From Macrostomum lignano (taxonomy: Eukaryota): DNA of 64,000 bases. The notes beneath the pieces are model-generated. The model worked only from the letters and a program-made list of their open reading frames with translations, did not search any database and had not been told where the DNA came from. A program made the position numbers and the translations under genes. Of this stretch, positions 43,994 through 55,900 are shown in pieces (position 1 is the first letter of the stretch; the number at the start of each line of letters is the position of its first letter). The stretch is from positions 1 through 64,000 of the forward strand of contig NIVC01003397.1 of NCBI GenBank assembly GCA_002269645.1. The letters run 5' to 3'.

Positions 43994-46900
43994 GTTTGCT
44001 TCTTTTCACCATTTAACCGTTTTAGTCATTTCGTGATTTCTTGCTAGATTGCTATCTCTAAAACATTCTTTTATAATGCAGCAGCTGTCGCATTCACATA
44101 GAAGACGATCCCTCACTACTGCTTCGCCACTCAGCTAAAATACGCAATAGTAGAGTAGACCGTACAGTCAGCGAGTAGAGGATTTATTTTACGTGGTTCA
44201 AATCCTTAGTCTTAAGGTTTGAATGTATTCTGTATAGAAACTTTTTCAAGAGTGTTCGCGTCGGTCTCGATGAAATTTTTGTTTCGTTTCAAAAATGCGT
44301 TACTTTAATAACAGATACTATTGTAGATTAGAGGATCACTAAATTTTCCTTCGCACTGACAATGCGCTCGTAATTATATTTTGCTGCTTAAGTTCAAGAC
44401 TGTTGTGATTTTTTACTCAATATACTGACCCGTACTGTCTCTGTCTCTCTCTCATTCTATCAACCCCACCCCTTCCATACTCGCAACTTATTGTTAACTA
44501 TTTTTATAACGTACTGTACTTTATTTTGGTGCCACTGTATCATTCTGCTACTGTTATTTGGGGTCTAGTGCATTAGGACATCGTCACCAGGGTCGCAGCG
44601 TGCGTTCGCTGCGACCCTGGTTGCCGCTGGCTTACTGCCTGCGCGTTTGTGCGACAGTGGGTTAGCAAGCAGCAGGACTGGGGTTGAATAGTCTCCCTGC
44701 TCGTCGTACAGGGCGCAAGACGAAGCCGGCTGGTTCGTCTCGGGACACAACATTGGTAATTTGTGTTGAAAAATCAAAAAAAACAAAAAACCCTGGTACA
44801 CTAAAAATTGGAGTGACCAGGTGGGCTTAAAGATATCATTTAAACGCCATCAAATGAGACCAAATTGATCTGATCATAGAACATGTTGATTACTTCCATG
44901 GAATACGTGAAATAGAATAATTTTCAAGACTATTTTTGACTACTGAAGCCACTTACCAAACGGGACACCAAGTTTTGCCGAGTCTGAATTAAAAAATCGC
45001 TTTTTGGCGCAATCGAGCTCTTTCGAGCAATTAACCATCATAAGAATAATTTAATAACCCACAAAAGTAATTTACAAGCCATTTACGGCTTCATAATTTG
45101 TATGATCACGCAAAAGTTGATCTCCTTTGATGGCGGCGTGAATCCTAACCCTTGATGGCGACTCAAACGATAACCGTTAGACTTCTATATTCGGCTTGTT
45201 CTCTGTCCGGAGGAAAATAGCTCGTATGTATTATCATCAAATCAAAGCTGTAACTCTAAAGATGATTAGCTTTATTGAGAATATGTAAAAATGGTGTTAA
45301 CTCAAGCTGATGCGGATACAGCTACGGAGGCAGCAGACACGGAGGCAGCTATTTAAAATTCCAGCGCCAATGTTGTTTCGCCGAGTTTATGGGATAAATA
45401 TTATTGAATGTAGTTCATTAGTACATATTGTTTCACTTTTGTAAAAATGTTTTAATAGTCATTTTCAACTCTGGAGAAATAATAGACTAGTTTGCGTACC
45501 CCCGCTAACAGATTCGCGACCGCTTTCAAATATTCGTGTCTGGAGGCAGCGGCATCGTAGCTGACGAGGCCTTCAGTAACGCGGTGCGCAGCTACCATGG
45601 GGTATTTTTGCAATCCGAGCAAGTAGCCGCCCTGGTCCGTTCAGGTGGCTGCTCCGTGCGCGACTTTCGTGACGTTTTAAGAGCAACATCGAAATGCGAG
45701 TCCGATGCCTGCCTGAAATCGACGGTCTCAGCAAGGAGACTGTACTGAGCTCATGGATGGCTAAATTCGACCAGATTTTTCGTGGAAATGAAGACCCCAG
45801 AAGGGCGCAGCGTATGGCTGCCTGTCAAAGTGAATTGGTGCTTAGCAAGGAACAGCTATATGATCTATTTCAAGCTGTGCTAAATGTTCGAAAGTATGAG
45901 CATCAGATCATGTTCAATGCATGTCAAGTGAGTTTTGCAAAAGAGCCACAGATAGAGTAATCAAATAATTGTATTTTAATTTTTGAGACAAATTTAAAAC
46001 AATTTTATGTAGTTAAAAAAATTGAGTGAGTGAATGGAGCAGAATGGAACTATCGTGGCTCTGTCGGTGTAAGTTTCTTTGACACAAGTTTCTTCCACTG
46101 ACGCTTTAGCTTTTATGTATGGAGATGTCTCGCTCAATCGCGCCAGTCTCTCAAACCAAAATACTAAAGAGCTCCTTTGGCTTGCAAGCCAACTTCCTTG
46201 TTTGGTTGAAAATACTCTAAAATCAATATCTGAATCGTGAATCTGGTAAAAAAGCATCAACCGTCAAGCAGATGCAGCATGCATACATGCATTTTTCCTT
46301 GTGAATGCCCTTGTTTCCAGTTAGACAACACGGATGAGCAGGCAGCGCAAATCAGACGCGAACTGGACGGTCGGTTGCAGGCTCTGGACGAAGCTATGAT
46401 GGCAAGTTGGGCAGGAGATTTAGACTTCTAGCCATTTCAATTAAATTAAAATAAAATATTGTCTAAATTGATGAATCAGTCGACTCCGAAACGACAAAAT
46501 GACAATGACCCACAGAATCGAAAGTACCCGAGGTTCGCAGTGAAAAACATGGAATCAATTTATTACGACGAAGCCACAGCCGCTGTAGACCAGCTCATGA
46601 GCAATCTGGAGGCCGTGCCCGTGCATATAGGCAACTCCGACACCAGTGAGCGTCATCTTGGGTTGCCTCATCACCACCAGACCCCACTGACGCTTAAACA
46701 GAAATGCAAGCGCCAAATTAGGGGCCTTGCTGGTGAACCTGAGGGAGGATTTTTGAACTACAGCCGAGCCAGTATACAGTTGAACTTCTGCATTGAGGTA
46801 AGCTTTTTATTTAAGACTATGCAAAAAGCTGAGTGGGAAGGCTCGTACAGATTTATATACTCGATTTCTAAAGATAATGAATGTTTGAATTTTAGAAATA

Positions 46901-49900
46901 TGATGACGAAAATTTGAGAAGGTTATTAAAGTGCGCTACAACAGTTCCCCCACGGAGACGGAGTCCCTAAGTGCGCTACACACTGGCCTCTTTCTTTATA
47001 TGAATCTCAACTCTTTCAGAACTCCAGAATCCCTAGAGCACCGAGCATAAAAATCATTTCGACGCAGTTTCCCTATGTATAAAATTCTCTGGTCCTCAGA
47101 GCAATTAAATTCGTACGCAGCACTTGTCAAGAATAGTTGAAGTCGGTTGCACAGAAAACAAAGCTTAAGCATCCTTAATAGCATTGCATAAATTTTATAC
47201 ATATACTCAGCAACATTAAAAATAAAAGATAAAAGAGTGATAATAATATTTTTAATTTTTGCTGATTTTCAAATCCATCAAAATCTAATCAAATCTCAAA
47301 ATGTGAAATTAAACACTTGGTTTAGTCTTCTTAGGCAGCCACCGTGTTTACTTAACGAAAAATTTACTATGCTTGAGTATGTTTTGACTTCTGGCTGTGG
47401 GGCAATTTTTCCTTGGCTGATTGAAAGTAGACCAGAATTACTCAGAACATCCATACCATCGAATGCCTTAAGGCCTGATACTGCTTTACTGATGCCACGC
47501 TTATCGTGTAAAGGACATCATCATGCGAAAAAATCTGTACAAGATTGAGCAACAGAATCGAAAACCGCTGTGGCAATGAACGCTCAAAGTTTTGCAAAAA
47601 GTACATTAAGAGCGGGAAGTAGCAGACGAGTCACTATGAGAAGCATGATCTAGCATGTTTGATGATTGCAAATGGCTCAGGCGGAGTGAATGCCTCCGGC
47701 TCTGCTAAGCGAGTGGGACTGTAAAGCGGGCAGAGAAAATCCAATGCAATTTTCCGACCTTCCACCCAGAAAATTTTATATTGCAGAGAGGCTTAGAAAA
47801 TGTGCAGCGCTTGAAACTGTGTACTTTTCTGAGCTAAACCGAGCTTTGCACGGCTTTCGTGCGATAGAGTCGTCTAGTCGTTATTTTTACTGACAAACTT
47901 TACTTATGACTCATACGCAGTATCTCGGCTTGAATTTTCCTAGCAGGAGTAACTGTATGTTTAGAATTTTTGTATTTTTGTCCCAGTAGAGACGAGATGG
48001 TTCTTTATGAATCCGTTGCCTTTTAACCTACCGTTTTGACTTTGGGCTCCTTTTCAATATTGCTACGGTTACAGAAGGGTGTGATTTAAAGAGATTCAAG
48101 CATAGTACTGACTGAAATTAATGTTAAAAATTATGAAGAGAAAGGATTCCATCCAAGTGGCACTAAGGCTTATTAATATAGGTGCTTGGAGTGTTGATTC
48201 TCGCTAAAAAGTAATATGAAACATATTTAGCTCGTATGTGGCTCGAGGAACGAGGAACGAGAAACCTTAGAGGAACGATTACGAGATTAAGAGGAACCTC
48301 AGTTTCTGAAATCAATCGCCAATGCCATTTAACCTATTAGAGTTGTATAATAATAAATTATTATTATTTATCTATTTATTTACTATTGCGCTAATAAATG
48401 TCTTAATATCTATCCAAACTATCAAACCAATTTCATCCACCCCGTCTTGCGTCAATAAAAACGAAAAATACTCCTTTGACAGGTAGTAGTGTGCGAGGTG
48501 CGCAACTTAAAGTGCGTCCCTGGAAACCGCATTGTGTACTGCACTATGGAACTGGATGGCAGTGAGAAGTTTCAGACGGATCAAGCAGAAGCCTCGCGGG
48601 CTATGTGGGATACTCAAGCCGATTTTACCACGTCTCAACCTCTGCCCACCATCAAAGTGAAGCTCTTCGCCGAGAGCTCACGGATGCTGAGCCTGGAGGA
48701 CAAAGAACTGGGCAAGGTTAGACTACTAATACTAAATTAGATGTACTATAGAATTTTGCGGTCAAGTTGGTAGTTCGAGCTTTTAAATTGGACATAGAGC
48801 TAGCCTCTCATCAACAAGCTATCTTGAGATGCGGCCGATGTCAATGACTTATGAAATGCATACCCATGCCCAGAGACCTCTTAATCACTCGGGATGGGAA
48901 ACTGTCAAGTCTCAAGTTGCTGCGGAGCCTCCATTTCGCAGTGATCGTCATCTCACTAGGCGATGCAGCTGTAAATAGAAAATTCGTCATTGCCCGACTA
49001 TTGCCTCCAGGCTACCATCTGACATCAAAGTCAATTCAAAGAAGCATTATTTAAAATACGAGCTGTTCGCAAGCTTTATTTGCCTCTAGCCGGCGCACGT
49101 ATTGCTTGCCCTTTGTAATACTGTTAGTCTTCGGCTCTTAAAGAAATAAAAGATTGTACCCTAGACTATAGACAAAAGAAGGAAAGCATTAGTGCATTTT
49201 CTAAACCAAAAGTCCATACACAACATTCCCCCCTTTGTCAATTAATATCTCAACCGGTCCGGTTTCTGCAATTTGTCTCTGTCCCTCAGTCGTCTAGGTT
49301 CTTTAGCCGATGTGTCAGTGCTCTTGCCACGAGTTCCGTCTGAGTCGGTTGTCTGTGGTTCGTCTTGCACGGGCACGCTTTGGGCTGCTGGATTTGAGAT
49401 GTCCTCACTCTGCATTTGCTCACGAGCCAAGTCAGTCTGATCGTCCTGATGCTTCTTCATGATTGGTGGAATTCGGGTGGGAAGAACGTCTGTCTTGACA
49501 ATTTGATCAACGTGCCTCTTCCAGATTTGCCCGTTGACCTGCAGTCTGTAAGACATTGGTCCTGTGCGGGTGACCACCTCGGCAGGAATCCATCTGTTCT
49601 CTTTCTCCCTTCTGAAATCCAGCGTCAGAACTTCTTCTCCCTCCTGAAACTCCCTCGGCGACGCTCCTCTATGGCTTTGTCGTTCGGTCACATCAGTCTG
49701 CTTATCCAGTACTTTTGAGTAGGTATCCGGCCTAAGAAAGTCCAATTGAGTCCGGCGCTTGTAGCACAGCATCATTTCAGCTGGCGTCCTACCAGATGTA
49801 GAGTGAGGTGTAGGGCCTACTTCTGTATCTGAACAAGAAGTTCTGCATATTCAGTATTGGGTCTCCATGCGTTTTGATTCCGGCTTTAATAGCAGACTTC

Positions 49901-52900
49901 GCAGTCTGGACCATCCTTTCGCTAAGTCCATTAGTACGCGGATGTCCAACAGCCGTTAAAATTTGACGAATATTATTTCGCTTCAAAAACGCACGAAACT
50001 CAGATGAGCAGAACTGACTACCGTTGTCACTTAAGACTTGCTGAGGAATTCCGAACCTTGTGAAAGTATCTCGCAAATTGTCTTACTTGTAGTCGCATGT
50101 TTCATAGGAAAAATCTCTACCCATTTGCTAGTTGCGTCGACAATGATAAGCCAGAAATATCCGTGAAATGGTCCCATGTAGTCCAGCTGGATTCTTGTCC
50201 ATGGCTTCTCTGGCCAAACAAGAGGTTGTACAGGTACCTGTGCAGGTAAATTTCTTTGCAACTGGCAACCTTCACAGCTTCGGACTAGGTCTTCGATGGC
50301 ACTATCGATTCCAGGGAACCAAACATGCAGCCTAGCGATAGACTTCATAGCAACTATTCCAGGGTGTCCGTCGTGAAGCAACTCCAGAATCATTCGTTGC
50401 ACACTCCTTGGAATAACGACGCGCAGTCCCCAGAAAATCACTCCTTGCTCGATACAAAGCTCATTTCTTTTACGAAAATACTGTTCCAAGCCTGGCTCAC
50501 TTGTTTCTGGCCAGCCGTTTTGGCAGTAGTGAACGACTTTTCGAAGTTCTGCGTCCTTCCGTGTCGCGGTTCTAATCGTCTCTGCCGTGATCGGTAGCAT
50601 CTCAAGTCTGACTTCCAGAATTTTGTCACATGAGATGTTCTTGGCTCGATCTGGTAAGCGTGAAAGCGCGTCCGCATTTGAATGGTCCTCTGTCCTTCGA
50701 AATTTGATTGTGTATTGGTGGGCGGACAGAAGTACGGCCCAACGCTGAAGACGACTTGCTGCAATGCTAGGGATATCCTTTTTGTCTCCAAAGATGGTTA
50801 GGAGCGGCTTATGGTCCGTCACAAGCACGAAATGATGTCCAAACAGGTACTGGTGGAACCTTTTTACTCCGAATACTATGGCCAGCGCTTCCTTCTCCAA
50901 CTGCGAGTAGTTAATCTCCGGCTTTGATAGCGTCCTCGAAGCAAAGGCAACTGGCCTTTCATCACCATTCGGCATCACGTGCGAGATGACACATCCGATT
51001 CCATACTTTGAAGCATCCCTTTGTAGAACGAGCTGCTTCTTCGGATCGAAATGCGCTAGCACTCGGTCAGATGTCAGCGTTTTCTTCACCCTGTCAAATG
51101 CAGCGTTGCACTCCTCACTCCAGTGAAACTCCGATTCCTTGCACAACAGTCGATTGAGCGGTACCAGAATCGACGACAGATTCGGGATGAACTTCACGTA
51201 GTAGGTTATCATTCCAATTAGAGAGCGAACTTCGGTTGCATTTGTTGGTGCCGGTGCATTGTGAATTGCCTCAACTTTCTCGTTTGATGGGTGAAGTCCA
51301 TTTTCGTCAATAACGTATCCGAGGAATGCAATCTTGTTGAGACGAAATTCACACTTCTTTCTGTTTAAATGCACGTCATAATCTGAAAGGCGCTCCAACA
51401 CGGCGTTCAACCTATTATCATGGTCTTCCAGACTGGTTCCAGGCACCAGAATATCATCTATATATACAACGACGTCCAGGCCCTGCAGTATTTTCTCCAT
51501 GGCCTCCTGAAACTGAGCCGGTCCGGATGCCAGTTCCATGGTGAGTCGGTTATACTGAAACAGACCGAGATGAGTGTTGATAGTGGTAAACCTTCTACAG
51601 GATTCTTCCCACTCAAGCTGCTCAACTCAACTCAACTCAACTCAACTCAATTCTTCCAACTCTCGCAACTGGCTTGCGAGATGTCCAGTTTGGTAAAATA
51701 TTTCCCGCCATTTAATGTTGCAAAAATTTCTTCTGGTCGTGGCAGAGGATACTTATCGACCTCTAACTGTGGATTGACTGTCCTTTTAAAGTCAGCGCAA
51801 ATTCTCACTGATTTTTCATCGCGCTTGAGAACAGGAACGATTGGCGATGCGAAATCCGATGCCTTCACCTTCGTGATGATTCCTTGGGCTTTCAAACTCT
51901 TGAGCTTGTCCTCAATGAGACCTTTGATTGCAAATGGAACTGGCCGACTTTTGAAATACTTTGGTATTGAATTCTCCTTCAGCACTATATTGGCCTTCAA
52001 TCCTTTAATGGTTCACAATGTCTCAGCAAACACTTGCTCATGCCTCCTTACCAATATATCCATAGGCTGGACTAATGTGGTCACGTTCACACTCGCAAAC
52101 TTGTCCCAGTCAATCTTGATCTTAGAAAGCCAGTCGCGTCCAAGCAGATTTACTCGTTCTCCTTTGACAATTAGTACAGGCAATTGGTAAAGCCTGACGT
52201 TGTGGCTAACCACGTCGATTGTTGCTTCACTTAATACTGGGATTGAGTGATCCGTGTAGCTGGACAACCTTACGGTAGTCCTTAAAAGCTTCAGGCCTAG
52301 TTGCTTGCTGGTCTTCTCGTTGATCAGGGTTTTATCCGCACCAGTATCCACTTGAAATCTTACAGCTTTTCCGTTCAGTTCCAGTTCGCACTCGTATGGT
52401 GGAGAAGTGACATGCGCGACCTGTCCAGTCGAGCACACTGTCCTGACCTCGAAGCACTCCCTGTGGTGTCCCTGACTCGTACAGTTTGAGTCCCTGCTGT
52501 GTGAGCTGGTTGAACTAGCTTCGTCATGTGCATAGTGCACTCTGCCGTGTCTCTTATGTCTGGACGAGCTGAGTTTCTTTTGCTTTCCACCTCCGGAATC
52601 TTTAGTCCTGTCCTTTGTGCGGCAGGCATCACTTTTATGTCCCACTCGACCGCACTTGCTGCACGTCTTGCTACGGTAGGGGCAGTTCTTTGCCAAGTGA
52701 TCTTGTGCATTGCAGCGGAAGCATCCAGATTGATTGCTTCTGTTGTTCTTCTCGGACAAGCCGTCTGTAAGATTTTTACTGGCTCTCGAAGACTTCACCG
52801 CCTGGATTGCACCGGTTGACGAAATCGTCACCACACCTCTTTCCGCTGCTTCCATCGCAGTCGCAAGGGTAAGTGCTCCAGTTAGTGTCAGTGTGTCTTC

Positions 52901-55900
52901 TTGCAACATACGCTGCTGTGTCAGGCGATTCCTTAGGCCGACAACGAACCTGTCTCTCAGTGCCTCGTCCAAGAATTCATTAAAACCGCACGTGGCAGCC
53001 AACTTTCGCAGACTTGCGATGAAATCGCTCAAATTTTCTCCTTCATGTTGGGCTCTGCTGTGGAAGTTGAATCTCTCGACAAATCTTAGGCCTTGGGTTA
53101 AAATGCTCCCTCAGGGCCTTGACTTGATCGTCGAAGTTCACATCCTTGGGCTTCTTTGGTGACAGCAGGTTGCGGAGCAATTGATAGCAGTCATTATCAA
53201 TCACTGCAATCAGATTTGCTCGCTTATGTGCCTCCTCGGTCACTTTGTTTACGACGAGAAACTGCTCGAGTCGTTCTTCATAAGCTTCCCATTGCTCCGG
53301 TTTAGCCACGTCGAACTCTCCGATTTTTACACTCGTCGCCATTGTTGTGTCCTGTTCTTCTTCTTCTATACCGACTATTGCCTCCAGGCTACCATCTGAC
53401 ATCAAAGTCACTTCAAAGAAGCATTATTTAAAATACGAGCTGTTCACAAGCTTTATTTGCCTCTAGCCGGCGCACGTCTTGCTTGACCTTTTAACAGTGT
53501 TGTTGGGCATAAGTGAAATTTATCTAGTCCAAGTGCTCCTACCACTGAGCGAAGTGAGTTTGATTTAGTCGCTTCAATTAGCTTGCAGCCATAGACGGTG
53601 AATTCAATATAGTCGTTTTTAGCGCCCGCAACGAGATCGTGACTTTTATTTAGTCAAAGTGAAATGAATATGGTCAACGAGATCGTAAACTTTCATAAAA
53701 GGCGCAAAAACACATAAGATGTGTAAGATGTAAGATGTAAGATGTAAGGTGTAAGATGTAAGATGTAAGGTGTAAGATGCAATGGCAGCACACAACTAGT
53801 GACCGTCAGGCAAACAAAACTGTTCAGTGTTCAATTAGGCAACGATGTCCTCCATGGCTATGCAGCGCGGTACATAGCGCAGACTTTCTCGGTGCCAGGC
53901 TTCGCAGTGCAGCTGTGTAACTGCGCTCATACAGTCTTCCAGTTCACGCTCCAGAATGCGTGCGCGGTGTTCCTGCAGCGTAATGCCTAACGCGGCAGCT
54001 GCATTCCTATCGCCAATTTGCCGTTGCAACTCCACTCGGGAGAGGGAGCGTTTCAGTGAAGCCTTCACTGCGGCGATTGCGCGCTCCGTCATGTTCAGAA
54101 ACGGGGAGTAAGGTGGGAGAGGTCTGTATTCTTGCTCTTCGCCCATGGCAGGCGGGTCCCAATGGGCACGAGCATTGTCGTGCAGCAGACAGAAAGGTTC
54201 ATCGACCAAGGCAGCTAGCTCAGCGAAAAATTCCGCAAACAGCTCGCGTGTCATTCCTCCGCGTACAATTTTCCAGTAGACGAGGCCACGCATCGGGCTC
54301 ACGGCCAAACACATTGTCACGTTGCGCCCTCGTTGATTTGCAACGATTCTCACGGCACGAACCCCCTCTGCTGCACGTCCCTGCGTCCTTGCTGTCCACA
54401 CATTGCATCCCATCTCGTCGCAGAACACTAGCAGCTTTCCCATTCCTTCGGTCATGAGCCATTTTGCGAACTCGCGTCGCTCGTGCTTGATGCGGTCAGC
54501 ATTCCAGGCGTTTGGGATGGTGCGCAGGAGCTTCACCGTGATTAGCTGACCATCGAGTGCTCGGCTTATGGTTTGAATTGTGCATGCTTGCCAGTCGGGA
54601 AACGCCTGCATTAGATGTCTCCGCATGTCTTGTAGTGTCGCAGCTGGCGTGTCCGCCACAAATCCCACGAGAGCCTCGATCATCTCATCACTCAGAGCTT
54701 TCGGCTTGTTGCCTCCTCGCTTTTCCGCCTCGACACGACCAGTTCGCTCAAACTTAACGATAACATTCCTTGCAGACTGGCGCGGTATGTTGAGCTGTTC
54801 TGCCAGATTGAGCCAGTCCTCGTTGAGAACAAAGGCATTGACCAGCCTTCGCCTGTCTTGCTGCGAAACAGCGACTCGTCTCTGCGCTGCTGGAGCCTCC
54901 ATGGAAAGAATTCTATGATTCAGCAAATTCTATAGCTATTAGCCAAACAAGAACTCTAAGCGGACTAAATAAATTTCACTACGACTAACTTTAAGTCACG
55001 GTAAGCTCAGCGCTAAGCAAGAGCGACCAAATATATTTCACTTTTCCTCAATCGTCTATGGCCAAAATCAACAGCTAGACTATATCAAACTCACTTCACT
55101 CAGTGGTAGGAACACTTGGACTAAATAAATTTCACTTATGCCCAACAACACTGTTAAAAGGTATTCACTGTTAGCCTTCGGCTCTTAAACAAATAAAAGA
55201 TTGTACCCTAGACTATAGACAAAAGAAGGGAAGCATTAGTGCATTTTCTAAACCAAAAGTCCATACACAACAGACTGCTGCATTGATGGCGGCGAGCTTC
55301 AGCCCTCGATCCTTGACGACTCGATCCTCACTGGTAAACTAGTGATATACATCAATTTTTTCGATCCGGTTCACAACTTGAAGAATATTTAGAATAATTT
55401 CCAGGCTAGAAAGACGTTTCTCTGTCCATCTTTTCCATCTGTTTTTCTGTGCAAGTGTGAGGTTTAGTTTCAGCATATTACATTTGTTATAGATTTTTTA
55501 ACTAAGATAGGAAGCTGGAAAAACAGTAAAGCTTTGATGTGCAGGGCTTTCAATATACTCAGCAACATCGAAAAGTCACCATCACAGAAGATTCCGTCTG
55601 TGGTCAACAATTTTGAGTACTGGAAAGTCTCTCAGTCTTTGCGAGGGACGCAGGAAAGCTCCATCTAAGGAAGGCGCAGAGGCGCAGAACTGTGCCTTTT
55701 TTGAGCTTTGAGTTAAGACCATAGAGTTAGATGAACACGCTCGTACGTGCATTTACCTGTCCTAATTGATGTCCGCGCCATAGACCTGGGCTGCATTTTA
55801 AGATAGATGGAAAGCTCTATGTCAAATTTAAAAGCCCGCACTCTGCAGTTCTAACTAGGCTGCAAAATTATGTGCTGTATTTCGTTTTATAATTTCTTTG

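Larger units (their letters stand above)
49020..55272 (-). mobile_element. Mag-type Gypsy LTR retrotransposon in CAPS intron 5, frameshifted
   Basis: LTRs 49020-49225 and 53397-55272 (split by a transposon), PBS TGGTAGCC, PPT AAAGGGGGGAA, Gag with two CCHC knuckles, protease VDTGA, RT YIDD, RH DASKYG, IN SDNGSQF. Confidence 0.9.

Noticed and set aside
51623-51650. (CTCAA)n tract within the Mag RT
   Set aside because: A simple microsatellite insertion disrupting RT; no functional evidence.
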